Source: an uncultured delta proteobacterium (lineage in GTDB: Bacteria; Myxococcota_A; Polyangia; Fen-1088). From it: a stretch of 64,000 nt of DNA. The stretch spans positions 128,001 through 192,000 of the forward strand of contig CAVWIP010000006.1 of assembly GCA_963755125.1 (NCBI GenBank). Reading direction: 5' to 3'. Positions within the stretch are counted from its first letter, which is position 1; each line of letters opens with the position of its first letter. The position numbers were made by a program, and so were the translations under genes. Of the stretch, positions 26,500 to 36,136 are shown one piece after another. The notes beneath the pieces were generated by a model. The model saw only the letters and a list, made by a program, of their open reading frames with translations. It was not told where the DNA came from and did no database searches.

Positions 26500-27357
26500 A
26501 TGAAGTCCAGTTACTGGTTGTCGATTTGCGCCGTTGGCGCGCTAGTAGGTGGTTTTGAAATCGGTGGCTGCTCATCGGATAGCGGCCTGCCGTCCGATGG
26601 CGGGACCAAAGATGCTGCAGTGACCACGACGGGCGGCTCAAGCGGCAGCCAGGGTGGACAAACCGGCAGCCAGGGTGGCAACACAGGGGCTGGCGGGAGC
26701 ACCGAAACCCAACCGGCTACCTCTGCCCCCGTCTACACCGGGCCGCCGGTAAGTACGAACACGGGTAACGGAACCGGGACAGACACCTTCGGCGGTGGAA
26801 CTGGCACGCGGACCCGCGGCGGCGGAACCGGGACAGACACCTTCGGCGGTGGCACCGGAACGAACACCTTCGGCGGTGGAACTGGCACGCGGACCCGCGG
26901 CGGCGGAACCGGGACAGACACCTTCGGCGGCGGAACCGGAACGAACACCTTCGGCGGTGGCACCGGAACGAACACCTTCGGCGGTGGAACTGGCACGCGG
27001 ACCCGCGGCGGCGGAACCGGGACAGACACCTTCGGCGGCGGAACCGGAACGAACACCTTCGGCGGTGGAACTGGTACGCGGACCCGCGGTGGCGGAACCG
27101 GGACAGACACCTTCGGCGGCGGAACCGGAACGAACACCTTCGGCGGTGGAACTGGCACGCGGACCCGCGGCGGCGGAACCGGGACAGACACCTTCGGCGG
27201 TGGCACCGGAACGAACACCTTCGGCGGTGGCACCGGAACCCGGACCCGAACTCGCACCGCGACTGGGACGAACACGTTCGGCGGTGGCACCGGGACCGTC
27301 ACGGAGAGTGCCACGGACACCGAGACGGACACCAGCACGGACACGACCACCGGCTAG
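26500..27357 (+). CDS. Gly/Thr-rich tandem-repeat lipoprotein
   Basis: GGAGG RBS, ATG 26500, signal ending IGGC, about 20 nonapeptide repeats GGGTGT(DTF/NTF/RTR), acidic Thr-rich tail, followed by a terminator. Confidence 0.8.
   Translation: MKSSYWLSICAVGALVGGFEIGGCSSDSGLPSDGGTKDAAVTTTGGSSGSQGGQTGSQGGNTGAGGSTETQPATSAPVYTGPPVSTNTGNGTGTDTFGGGTGTRTRGGGTGTDTFGGGTGTNTFGGGTGTRTRGGGTGTDTFGGGTGTNTFGGGTGTNTFGGGTGTRTRGGGTGTDTFGGGTGTNTFGGGTGTRTRGGGTGTDTFGGGTGTNTFGGGTGTRTRGGGTGTDTFGGGTGTNTFGGGTGTRTRTRTATGTNTFGGGTGTVTESATDTETDTSTDTTTG
26764..27303 (+). repeat. 27-bp coding tandem repeat with 81-bp higher-order period
   Basis: Units such as ggcggtggaactggcacgcggacccgc, ggcggcggaaccgggacagacaccttc and ggcggtggcaccggaacgaacaccttc. 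Confidence 0.95.
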
Positions 27358-27449
27358 TACCGCTGCCGCGGCAGAAGTGATCGCGATCATCCAAACAGTC
27401 AGCGACTGAACGAGCACTGCCCCGTAGCTGACCAAGGATCTGACCAGCA

Positions 27450-27490
27450 CCGTGAGTGAGAGGGAATGCCCTCTCACTCACGGTTTTTTT
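27450..27490 (+). terminator. Rho-independent terminator
   Basis: 15-bp perfect stem CCGTGAGTGAGAGGG-aatg-CCCTCTCACTCACGG followed by T7. Confidence 0.9.
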
Positions 27491-27560
27491 GTCCCAGATA
27501 TAGCCGTTTCGTTCGTTGCCCCCGTGGTTCCGGGGTGGTATAGCCAGTGCAGGTATACAC

Positions 27561-27794
27561 ATGTTCGGCATAGGCGCGGGCGAATGGGTTCTCATTCTCG
27601 TAGTCATCATGGTGGTGTTTGGCGCAAACAAACTCCCCCAGCTCGGCGATGGTCTTGGTCGCGCCCTCAAGAACTTCAAGCGGGCCGTCGCGAGCGGAAA
27701 CGAGATTGAGGCGTCCGTGAAGAAGGCCGAGATCCCCGGCGAGCAGCCCAAGCCTGGTTCGGCCCAGTCCAGCGAGCAACCGCCCAAGCCGTAG
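27561..27794 (+). CDS. tatA: Twin-arginine translocase subunit TatA/E
   Basis: MFGIGAGEWVLILVVIMVVFGANKLPQLGDGLGRALKNFKRA. Confidence 0.92.
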   Translation: MFGIGAGEWVLILVVIMVVFGANKLPQLGDGLGRALKNFKRAVASGNEIEASVKKAEIPGEQPKPGSAQSSEQPPKP

Positions 27795-27981
27795 TTCTTG
27801 CAGACGGCCCAGCCGCAGCAGCGCCGCGCAGTGGCGAGGCCGAGCCGTGTGACCTGGCTGACGGCGTTTTGGGGTTCGCATCTCCCGCGACCAACGGGAG
27901 ATGCGCGTTGAATTGCCTACCAGCCGACGGGTTGGAATATGGTGGGCTTCGTCCCTGTGCCCCTCGTGGCCGAGGACTGGA

Positions 27982-30555
27982 TCACGACGGGCGACGTCGA
28001 CCCACGAAGCGGCGGCGAACCTTGCCCGCTAGCACCACGCCGAACACCAGCATCACGCCCCAAGGGGTGGCGCTGCGGTCGGCCCCGGCGAGACGACAGG
28101 TGCACCCTGAACTCCCAGTGGCATTCGTCGCGCTTGGAGTCGACGAACCCCCGGACGCAGATGGAGAACTGGTCGCGCCCGGAGTCGACGAGCCCCCGGA
28201 CGCGGACGGGGAACTGGTCGAGCCTGGAGTCGAGGAACCCCCGGACGCGGATGGGGAGCTGGTCGAACCTCGAGTGGAGGAACCCCCGGACGCAGACGGG
28301 GAGCTGGTCGAGCCTGGAGTCAGCGAACCCCCCGAAGCCGGCGGGGCACTCGTCGCGATACCGCCTGCTCCTCCCGCACCGCCGCTTGTCACGATGCCAC
28401 CTGTCGATCCGCCAATCGCGCCGCCGCTCGATCCGGCCGTCGTGCCGCCTCTGCCGCTCGTCGTGACGACGGTCGATCCACCCGCCGCGCCACCATTACC
28501 GCCGGACGCTCCGCCCGACGCCCCTCCTGTGCCCGCAGGAGTGCTGGTCGAACCCGTGGTTCCACCGGCGCCGCCGCCGGTTCCACCCGTGGGCGTGCCG
28601 CCCGTTGGAGGACTTGCTCCGTAATACTTGATGTTCGGCTGTGCCTCCGGCAGCGTCATGCCTGGGCCGATGTAGATCCCCGGCTCCGGGGGCTGGTTGT
28701 AGGCCACGTTCTCCGTGGCCACGCTCATCCGATAGATCGGGTCGTGCATCAACGTGTAGAGCCGGTTGGTGGTCGGCGTGGTGGTTGTATAGATTCGCAG
28801 AGCATCGCTGGCGGTGGTTCGATACACCACTTCTTCGCGCCAGTCGCCGAAGATGTCCGCGGTGAGTGCCGGATCTGATTTTGAGCCGTTGTTCGAGGCA
28901 CAGCCGGTTGCGTTCAAACCCGTACCGGCTGCGTTGCCATAAGGCGTGATCGACGTTCCATTTTCCAGGAAGCGAATTACGTCAGCGCCCCACCACATGG
29001 TGAAATTATCGGACGAAGGCACGGCCCCCACCGTCTTTTCGGTAGAGTCAAAGAGCCCTCCGTTTTCGGCTGACCACACCTGCCAGCCCGTGGTGCCGGC
29101 AATGAGTGGTCCGGTGCAACCACGTCCATTGTCGGTCGTGCCTGTTTGCTCCCACCAAATCTTGCCGTCCGCAGCGCTTCGGAAGTCCGTGGAAATCCCG
29201 CCGTTCTCGGTCACTTGCTCGTGCACCATCCAGATTTCCAGTCCTGGCGTGGTGGGGTCCAGATCCGACAAATGCAGGGCATCTCCGTGCCTTAGCCCCG
29301 TTGACCAAAGACCCTGGCCGTCATGGTCGACCGCCATGGAGCCATAAACAATCTCATCGAATCCGTCGCCATCAATATCGCCTTGGCGCAAGCTGTGCGA
29401 CCCCTGGCTTTCATATCCCGATGAAGAATGGAGAGGCTTTCCATCCTTCCCTGTGCCGCCATTGAGCGTGTCGAACAACCAGCGTTGGGTGAGCTGGCCG
29501 TTGCGCCAGTCGAGCGCCCAGAGAGCCGTTCGCCAGTAGTAGCCGCGGCATGGGATCAGGCTCGGCCGTTCCCCGTCAAGATAGGCAACGCTGGCCAGGT
29601 GCCGGTCGACGAAATTATAGACGTCATCGTTGCCCCAGCCCATGTCCTCGGCAACGGCCACGCCCTGCTGTGCTCCCCAGATGCCTTCGGCGCCTCGCCC
29701 CGGCTGGTAATTGATGGTAGCGAGTTCAGCTCCGGTCTTGCCGGCGAAAACCGTGTACCATTCAGGCCCGCTTATGATCTTTCCTGCGGTCAACGCGGCG
29801 GTGCTGACATAATTCGCGGTGTTGTCGGCGCCAGCCGCGTCTCCCGTTTGCAGGAAATTGCCGGTGCCGTCCTTGGTGCCAGGGGCGGTCTTCATGGCCA
29901 CTTCGGCCATTCCATCACCGTCGAAGTCATACACCAGGAACTGGGTATAGTGCGCGCCAGCGCGGATGTTCGGTCCAAGATCTATCCGCCACAACTTGGT
30001 CCCGTCCAGTTTGTAGGCATCAAGAATCACATTGCCCGTGTACCCTGTCATCTCGTTGTCCCTGGAGTCCGACGGATCCCACTTCAAAACGATTTCATAT
30101 TGGCCATCGCCGTCTAGATCGCCGACGCTGGCATCATTGGCCGAGTAGGTGTACGCGCCGCCCAGATCAGTCCCTCCGGGCGGCGGGGTGATGGGGATGT
30201 TGAGGTAGCCAGCATCGATGACCAGGGCGTTCTCGGAAGTCTCGCCCTCAACGCCATTTGTCACCGCCTTGACCGTGTAGGTCCCGGTGCCGGTGCTGTT
30301 GTCCTGATAGTTCGTGGAGTTGGTGATCACCGTCGCGTTGAGCTTGGTGGTGCCCTTGTAGACATTGAACCCGAAGCTGGTGTCCTGGGGATCGGTTCCG
30401 AAGAGCCGCCAGCTCAGGAAATACCCGCTGCCGGACTTGACGGCGATGAGCCCGCGGTCGAGTTTTTCCATGTATCGCTGGGCTTTCGCGGGCCCCGCAA
30501 TCATCGATATCGCCCCGATCAGCATCGCGGCAACCACCATAGTTCTGCACTTCAT
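27982..30555 (-). CDS. Rhamnogalacturonan lyase (PL11, YesW/YesX-like) with Gly/Ser/Thr linker and MYXO-CTERM-like tail
   Basis: Signal peptide; MEKLDRGLIAV, ANDASVGDLDGDGQYEIVLKWDP, NIRAGAHYTQF, HGDALH, DIFGDWREEV, LMHDPIYR..YNQPP; tail SSGCTC..TM..RRR. Confidence 0.9.
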   Translation of the reverse strand: MKCRTMVVAAMLIGAISMIAGPAKAQRYMEKLDRGLIAVKSGSGYFLSWRLFGTDPQDTSFGFNVYKGTTKLNATVITNSTNYQDNSTGTGTYTVKAVTNGVEGETSENALVIDAGYLNIPITPPPGGTDLGGAYTYSANDASVGDLDGDGQYEIVLKWDPSDSRDNEMTGYTGNVILDAYKLDGTKLWRIDLGPNIRAGAHYTQFLVYDFDGDGMAEVAMKTAPGTKDGTGNFLQTGDAAGADNTANYVSTAALTAGKIISGPEWYTVFAGKTGAELATINYQPGRGAEGIWGAQQGVAVAEDMGWGNDDVYNFVDRHLASVAYLDGERPSLIPCRGYYWRTALWALDWRNGQLTQRWLFDTLNGGTGKDGKPLHSSSGYESQGSHSLRQGDIDGDGFDEIVYGSMAVDHDGQGLWSTGLRHGDALHLSDLDPTTPGLEIWMVHEQVTENGGISTDFRSAADGKIWWEQTGTTDNGRGCTGPLIAGTTGWQVWSAENGGLFDSTEKTVGAVPSSDNFTMWWGADVIRFLENGTSITPYGNAAGTGLNATGCASNNGSKSDPALTADIFGDWREEVVYRTTASDALRIYTTTTPTTNRLYTLMHDPIYRMSVATENVAYNQPPEPGIYIGPGMTLPEAQPNIKYYGASPPTGGTPTGGTGGGAGGTTGSTSTPAGTGGASGGASGGNGGAAGGSTVVTTSGRGGTTAGSSGGAIGGSTGGIVTSGGAGGAGGIATSAPPASGGSLTPGSTSSPSASGGSSTRGSTSSPSASGGSSTPGSTSSPSASGGSSTPGATSSPSASGGSSTPSATNATGSSGCTCRLAGADRSATPWGVMLVFGVVLAGKVRRRFVGRRRPS
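28125..28340 (-). repeat. 45-bp coding repeats in the lyase linker
   Basis: About 5 copies of (P)SASGGSSTPGSTSS. Confidence 0.8.
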
Positions 30556-30669
30556 ACGGAGCCTCCTCTGTGTCTAAGAGTCCAACTGCGAATTTCAGTT
30601 CACGATCAACTGTTGAAGAAAGAAAAGCCCAGGGCTCTAGGCCAGCGACAGCATCATTAACATGCGATT

Positions 30670-30737
30670 GTCGCCGCCGACAAGGCGACGAAATCTGCAT
30701 GTCTGGTAGACAAGCACGGCCTTCGCCTACCAGACAT
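30670..30737. terminator. Intergenic stem-loops (terminator or mRNA-stability element)
   Basis: ATGTCTGGTAG (30699-30709) / CTACCAGACAT (30727-30737) plus GTCGCC/GGCGAC hairpin; no U-tract. Confidence 0.4.
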
Positions 30738-30753
30738 CAGGGTTACGACCGGA

Positions 30754-32551
30754 TCACGAGGACTTGTCATCGCCGCTCATAAGGCGGCGAAGCTTTTCGG
30801 CCAGCACTGCGCCGAACGCCAGCATCGCGCCCCCGCGAGTCGCCTTGCGGTCGACCCCGGCGACGCTGCAGCCTCCCGACCCTGAGTTGCGGCTGCTGGC
30901 GGAGCCCGTGGGTTGGGTAGTTCCGGGGCTGCTGGTACTTCCGCCCGCCGCGCTGGCGGTCGTCGCGGCTCCAGTGGTGGATCCGCCGGTCGCCGTGGAG
31001 CCCCCCGATGCCGACGGGCTGCTGGTCGCCGGAGCGGACGATCCGCCCGCGGCGCTGCTGGTCGGGGTGCTTTCTGCAGTCGATCCGCCTGCGGCGCTGC
31101 TGGTCGGGGTGCTATCCGCGGACGATCCGCCCGCGGCAGTGCTGGCAGAACCGCCAGTGGCGGAGGCTCTGCCAGCGGAAGAGCTTCCACCCGCGCTGGT
31201 TGAGCCGCCCTTGCCCGTCGAGCCACCCGCGCCGGTCGAACCGCCCGCGCCGGTCGAGCCACCCGCAGAGGTCGAGCCACCCGCACCGGTCGAGCCGCCG
31301 GTGCCGGTCGTGCCTCCGCTTCCAGTCGTGCAGCCGTTTCCAGCCGTGCCGCCAGTTATGGCGGGCGGACTGGCGGCTTCGTATGCAATCCAATCCGGGT
31401 CCGTGGTTGTATAGCCAAAGTTCGTGAGGAACATGGGAAGGACCGTGGCCGCGTTGGTCACTCCCAGCGCTGGCATGGGAGAGGTGGCCATGATGGTTGA
31501 GTTGAGAAGGATGTTGGTTGCCGCGAGGTAGTCCACGATGGGGGCAAAGGTGCCCATGACCAGACGGTCGGTACGGTTGTCCCACGCCCCGCCGGGACCG
31601 CTGGCGCCGTTGGACAGCAGGGCATCCACGATGCAGAGCTGCTGACGGACAGGATTGCCGCCGAGGATGGCAGAATGCTTGTTTATCTCGAAGAGAGCCA
31701 GCGGAGCCGGCGGAGGCGAAGCACCGCCGTTGCCGACGTGCAGGTTATCCGAATGTGACGCTTCCGAGCCATCGGTGAAGGTGCCGAAATGGTTCTTCAT
31801 GCACAAAGTACAACTGCCGTAGTTGTAATGGCCGCCTGTGCCATTGTGCATCTTGCACGCGGCTACGCTCACCAAGATGTCGATGGCGCCGCTGAGAATG
31901 TCGGCGGCAACGGAGATGCCTGTGGCATTGGTGAGGGTGACCGCCGTGAACCCGCCCAGGCCCGCCGCCCTGACGCTCACCTGGGCTGCGCGAATCTTGG
32001 TCGTATCAGTGAGACTGATATAGGGGTTGTAGTAAGTCGATGCGTCGTCGCAGGAGTCGTACAGGATGATGTTTGACGGCTGGACACCAAAGCCTATCAG
32101 TACATCGCAGAGCTTCTTGTAGATGGCCCACTTGGGACGGTTGGTGGTGTTGCCGCCAATCCCATTGGTCTTCATGGCCACTCTCGTGCTCGCCCAGGGT
32201 TTGCTCGACCGGAAGATGGTGCTCCAGGCGTCGCTTGCGGTCGGTCTTCTGGGCAAGCTGCATTGCCATTTCGTCGAGGTTGGCGGCGACCTGGGTAGCA
32301 TTGACCGCGTTGTTCGTGGTCGTGAAGGTCGTGTTCGCCGGCGTGCTCGTGAGCATGGTCGTGTCGTGGCAGCAGATGACCCGCCTGTTGTCAATGCATG
32401 GATTGATTTGCATGCCGTTGACCCACGCCGCCCCAGTTGACTGCGCGAAAACCCTTTCGAATTTCAGAGCACTGAGTCCCATCGCGCCCGCCGCGCCCGC
32501 CGCGGCCGTCTTGAGAAAATCACGGCGCTTTGGGTATGAATTTGTAGGCAT
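30754..32551 (-). pseudogene. Tat-exported DUF362-family protein with MYXO-CTERM-like tail, frameshifted near 32246
   Basis: N-half has RRDFLK Tat signal; C-half has VAMKTN, ILVSVAACKMH..TLCMKNHFG, LCIVDAL and GGCSV..TM..RR tail; halves join if one base is removed at ...AAG A CCG ACC GCA... Confidence 0.7.
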
Positions 32552-32566
32552 GGTCGTGTCCTTTTT

Positions 32567-33145
32567 TCAGTTGGTTTTCGACTTAAGTACGTCAAGGAAC
32601 TGCTTTGCCACCTGACATTCCGTGCAGTTCGAAGAAGTTGACTGGCCGAGACCTTGCAATGCCAGCTCGAAATACGACGCTTTGTCCCAGGCAAAGACAT
32701 TGAGGCCGGTTGCTATTGAAGCCCCCAGCGCGGTCGATGCGTCATACGAGGGAATCGCAATGCTGGCGCTTTGGTCGTTCACCTTCCAATTGAACATCGA
32801 CTGGGCGTTGGAAGCCGTGCCGAAGTCCATGGCCCAGACCGTGGCAATTTGTGGATCAGGACCAACCAAACTCTGGTACATGCCCTGCACGAACCCTTTG
32901 TCTGTATAGGCTCCGGCGGCGCCGTCCATGTTCCCGCCCCCAACCAGATCTGTGCCGGTCCAATAGGCGCCCGGATCCGTCGGATCCTGGGCCCAACCGG
33001 GTATGTCAGTCGCGGAAAACTTATACTTCGCGCCGAATTGATCCGGGGTGAGAGAAGCGCTGGGACTGCTGCCGCACGCGGAAAGGCCGAGGGTGAGAGA
33101 CAAGGACACGACAGCCGAGAACGCACTCATGATTTTCATTTCCAC
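32567..33145 (-). CDS. Lipoprotein, hypothetical
   Basis: AAAGGAG RBS, GTG start, lipobox LSAC. Confidence 0.7.
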   Translation of the reverse strand: MEMKIMSAFSAVVSLSLTLGLSACGSSPSASLTPDQFGAKYKFSATDIPGWAQDPTDPGAYWTGTDLVGGGNMDGAAGAYTDKGFVQGMYQSLVGPDPQIATVWAMDFGTASNAQSMFNWKVNDQSASIAIPSYDASTALGASIATGLNVFAWDKASYFELALQGLGQSTSSNCTECQVAKQFLDVLKSKTN

Positions 33146-33903
33146 GGAAAACTCCTTTGATGACTAGCTGGTGAGGTTTGACGCGAAACCGACTCCCCTT
33201 GAAAAGCACAGCCCCATCGCAATCCTGATGGGTCTGTTCGTGCTGGTGCTTGTCCCAACTGAAGCGTTCGAGGCTGGGTGATGCCCTGCTTGGACGCCGT
33301 TTCTGGTTGCCAGGACCTCTGACGGGCGGCATCTGAGAGTTGGACGGGCGAACGACGTCATGGCGAGGAACGCGCGGCACCGACACCTCGTCTCGCCTCG
33401 AACCCGTGGGGTACGGGTTGTGTTCCGGATAGGGCGATAGCAAGGCATCAAAAAAAGCAGTGACTTGTTCGCTGACGAGGGCTCAGAAATTCTTTGCGCT
33501 GCTGTGCGATATGGAGCGCCAGGTCAAAAGAGACAGCGCCGCTGTGGGTTCGCTGCCTTTGTTGCAGGCGCACCGTCTAGGAATGGAGCCAGCTCCGGGT
33601 CACAGACGCAGCACTTGCGCCAAGCTAGAGCCGATCAGGCAAAACGGCGGCGAGCCGATTATGCCGAGCGCGGCGCCAGTCTCGCCAAGGTCGCTGAATT
33701 CGGTTCACTTGTCATACGATCGGAGCCGCGCTCGACGCGGCAGAGAACCCGCACTTTTGGGCGAGTCCGTGGACGCGTAGACGTTGACCCCCGCGTTGGG
33801 GCTGGCAGCGCCTACGGAATGCAGATGTGGTGCAGCCCCAGAATCCCGAAGATTCCGGGACGGTTCCGTCGCCGTCGGCGTACGTGGTGCAGCCGCGGAG
33901 GCG

Positions 33904-34629
33904 CTACAGACTGCCCACCAAGGCAAGGCCGGCCCCGCCTGGCGTGGCCAGGGGCAGGAGGCTCAACTGCGGCTGCGAGTGGCGACCGACGTAGTTGTGA
34001 TACCCAAACCCATAGCCAACCATGGGTGCGCCGACGCCCACCAAGAGGGAGGCGGCGTCACCCACCAAGGCCAAGGTCTTGACGCTGCTGAAACAACCAT
34101 GGATATCGACGACGCCTGCTGATTCGATGCCGTTGCACGTTTCCACCTTGCTGAGCACGTAGAAGTCTAGTACCTCAGTGACGAGCAAACCAAGACCGCC
34201 CAGAATCAGCCCGAAGGTGCGCAGGTTCGAGGTATCCTTGGGCAGCCGGCCTGACCCTAGGTCCAGACCGGCGTCGTGCTCGCCAAGCTTCCAGGCATAG
34301 CCGGCGACCATCGCACCCCCACCCAGCACGACGAAGGGACTCAAGAGCGCTTCAAAGAGACAGCCGCCCGCCTGGTGCGAGTTCAGGAAGCACGAGGGGC
34401 TGCCCGCGTCCATCCGTCGTGCGACATCGTAGTTGAGCGCCAGGCCCCCCGCGAAAACGACGTATCCGAGAACCGGCCAGGCCATGCTGGGTTGATCCGG
34501 CGGAGCGTCTTCTGCCGCCCAGGCCGAACGACTCCCTCCCGCAAGAATGGGAGCCAATGGCAAAAGCATCGTCAACAAGCCGGCCAAACGAGGAGAGGGA
34601 ACGCTTCGCGAACGGTGGGTTCTTGTCAT
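33904..34629 (-). CDS. Exported/membrane hypothetical protein
   Basis: Signal peptide (AWA), several Gly-rich hydrophobic segments with Cys-pair loops, C-terminus GAGLALVGSL. Confidence 0.55.
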   Translation of the reverse strand: MTRTHRSRSVPSPRLAGLLTMLLPLAPILAGGSRSAWAAEDAPPDQPSMAWPVLGYVVFAGGLALNYDVARRMDAGSPSCFLNSHQAGGCLFEALLSPFVVLGGGAMVAGYAWKLGEHDAGLDLGSGRLPKDTSNLRTFGLILGGLGLLVTEVLDFYVLSKVETCNGIESAGVVDIHGCFSSVKTLALVGDAASLLVGVGAPMVGYGFGYHNYVGRHSQPQLSLLPLATPGGAGLALVGSL

Positions 34630-34780
34630 GAAAGATTTTCTTGTAGCACAGGACCTTCAGGCCGGTCGATCCTTCCCGGCTGCGAGAGAAGACATGGGTT
34701 CGACTTCCTAGCGCGGAGCCAACCATGGACGACGGCTCCGCGAACGATTCCGGCGTCGTTCCGAGTGAAAGTAACCTATG

Positions 34781-34855
34781 CGACCCCAACCGGATTCGAA
34801 CCGGTGTTCATGGCTTGAAGGGCCATTGTCCTAGGCCGGACTAGACGATGGGGTC
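34781..34855 (-). tRNA. tRNA-Glu(TTC)
   Basis: GACCCCA/TGGGGTC acceptor stem, anticodon arm ATGGC-CCTTCAA-GCCAT, GGTTCGAATCC T-arm; CCA not encoded. Confidence 0.9.
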
Positions 34856-34893
34856 AGGGATGGATGGGCCGGAAGGGGCGAGGCAGAGGGCTG

Positions 34894-34966
34894 TGGGCCC
34901 AGCAGGAATTGAACCTGCGACCTACGGATTAAAAGTCCGCAGCTCTACCAATTGAGCTATGGGCCC
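34894..34966 (-). tRNA. tRNA-Lys(TTT)
   Basis: GGGCCCA/TGGGCCC acceptor, AGCTCAATTGGTAGAGC D-arm, CGGA-CTTTTAA-TCCG anticodon arm, GGTTCAATTCC T-arm. Confidence 0.95.
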
Positions 34967-35222
34967 GAACGAAAATGCGATGAGTTTCCTTTCTCCGATC
35001 CGCTGGACCGGGCCGCAAGTTGTAGCATGAGTGCGGACCTGCGCAGGCGGGAAAAACGTGATAAGCGCAGTGCGGCGTCGAGAATGGGGGCGAGCATCGA
35101 AAGATCTGGCGGCCTCCCGATGGCTTTCCATGTGGTAGTTTTCCAGGACACAGGCGGAAGAAAGTTGACATGGACTCGATGCTGACTGACTGTCGAGGTC
35201 AAAGCGCGGGGTTCTAGACACG

Positions 35223-35591
35223 ATGGCAAACAGTCCTGGAGAGATGCGCGAGATGAGACGCGCGGTACGCATGCGAGTGCAGGTTCCTGCTCGCTATGTC
35301 AGCGAGCGCCTGACCATCGAGGGGCTGGTCACGGATTTGAGCCCGGACGGTGTGTTTTTCTGCTCCGACTATCTGGATGCCACCGGCGAGACAGTGCGTA
35401 TCTCGATTGATATCCCGTGGCGTTCGCAGCCGCTGCAACTATGCGGCGAGGTTCGCTGGGTGAGCGAAACGGCGCGAACCGGTGGCATGGGTATCAGGTT
35501 CACGGATGTCAGCTTCGAGGACCGGGTCGTGCTGTCGTCCTTGGGCCTGGCCTGGCATGCCGAAGCGGGGCAGGGCGCCTCCGCGCCTTGA
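35223..35591 (+). CDS. PilZ domain protein
   Basis: RRAVR (RxxxR) and DLSPDG (DxSxxG), GEVRW, GMGIRF. Confidence 0.85.
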   Translation: MANSPGEMREMRRAVRMRVQVPARYVSERLTIEGLVTDLSPDGVFFCSDYLDATGETVRISIDIPWRSQPLQLCGEVRWVSETARTGGMGIRFTDVSFEDRVVLSSLGLAWHAEAGQGASAP

Positions 35592-35626
35592 CATCCGGGC
35601 CGCGCGGGGGCGACCTGAAGGTCGAC

Positions 35627-35911
35627 ATGAAGACGCCAGTAACCGTACAGATCGCGGGGCAGCGTTTCGTGCTGCGAGGAGACGAGGACGAGCGGGCGAC
35701 GCGCGAGATGGCCGCCTACCTGGACAGCCGCATGAAGGAATTGCAGAAGCAAACCCGCACGGCAGATACCCAATCGCTTGCGGTCCTGGCGGCGCTGCAG
35801 ATCACCGAGGAGCTGTTCGGCGAGAGGCGCGCTCGGGCAGATTTGAAAAGGCGGGTTCGGGAGAGAAGTCGCGCGCTGCTTCATCTGGTCGAGAGTCGAG
35901 CGCGCGTCTGA
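35627..35911 (+). CDS. zapA: Cell division protein ZapA
   Basis: VTVQIAGQRF...AAYLDSRM...LAVLAALQITEELF plus coiled coil; typical synteny. Confidence 0.9.
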   Translation: MKTPVTVQIAGQRFVLRGDEDERATREMAAYLDSRMKELQKQTRTADTQSLAVLAALQITEELFGERRARADLKRRVRERSRALLHLVESRARV

Positions 35912-35957
35912 CAGGCGTTCATAGCCACTTGCGCAGCCCTACTTGCGGTATAGTGGT

Positions 35958-36125
35958 CGTCACCCAGCAGACACAATCGTTCGCCGTGTGGCGGACGCCT
36001 CCATAGATGGACAGAACTGAAACCCCACTTTTCCGAGGCGAAGGCCTCGTTCTTCATGCCCTTGCGACGCCAGGCCGTGGCAGGGCGACTCTGCGCCGGG
36101 CTGGGTTGCGTGGTCGGGAACGAGC
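35958..36125 (+). ncRNA. ssrS: Candidate 6S RNA
   Basis: Non-coding gap at the conserved zapA-ssrS-ygfA position, TATAGT at 35949-35954, complementary ends TCGTTC-g-CCG / CGG-GAACGA; boundaries approximate. Confidence 0.5.
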
Positions 36126-36136
36126 CGTCGGCGTCG

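Noticed and set aside
26764..27303. Regular repeats resembling a CRISPR array
   Set aside because: No unique spacers, in-frame 27-bp units with synonymous variation, and no cas genes.
27900..34780. Genomic island integrated at tRNA-Glu
   Set aside because: Content looks accessory, but I saw no integrase or duplicated tRNA 3' end.
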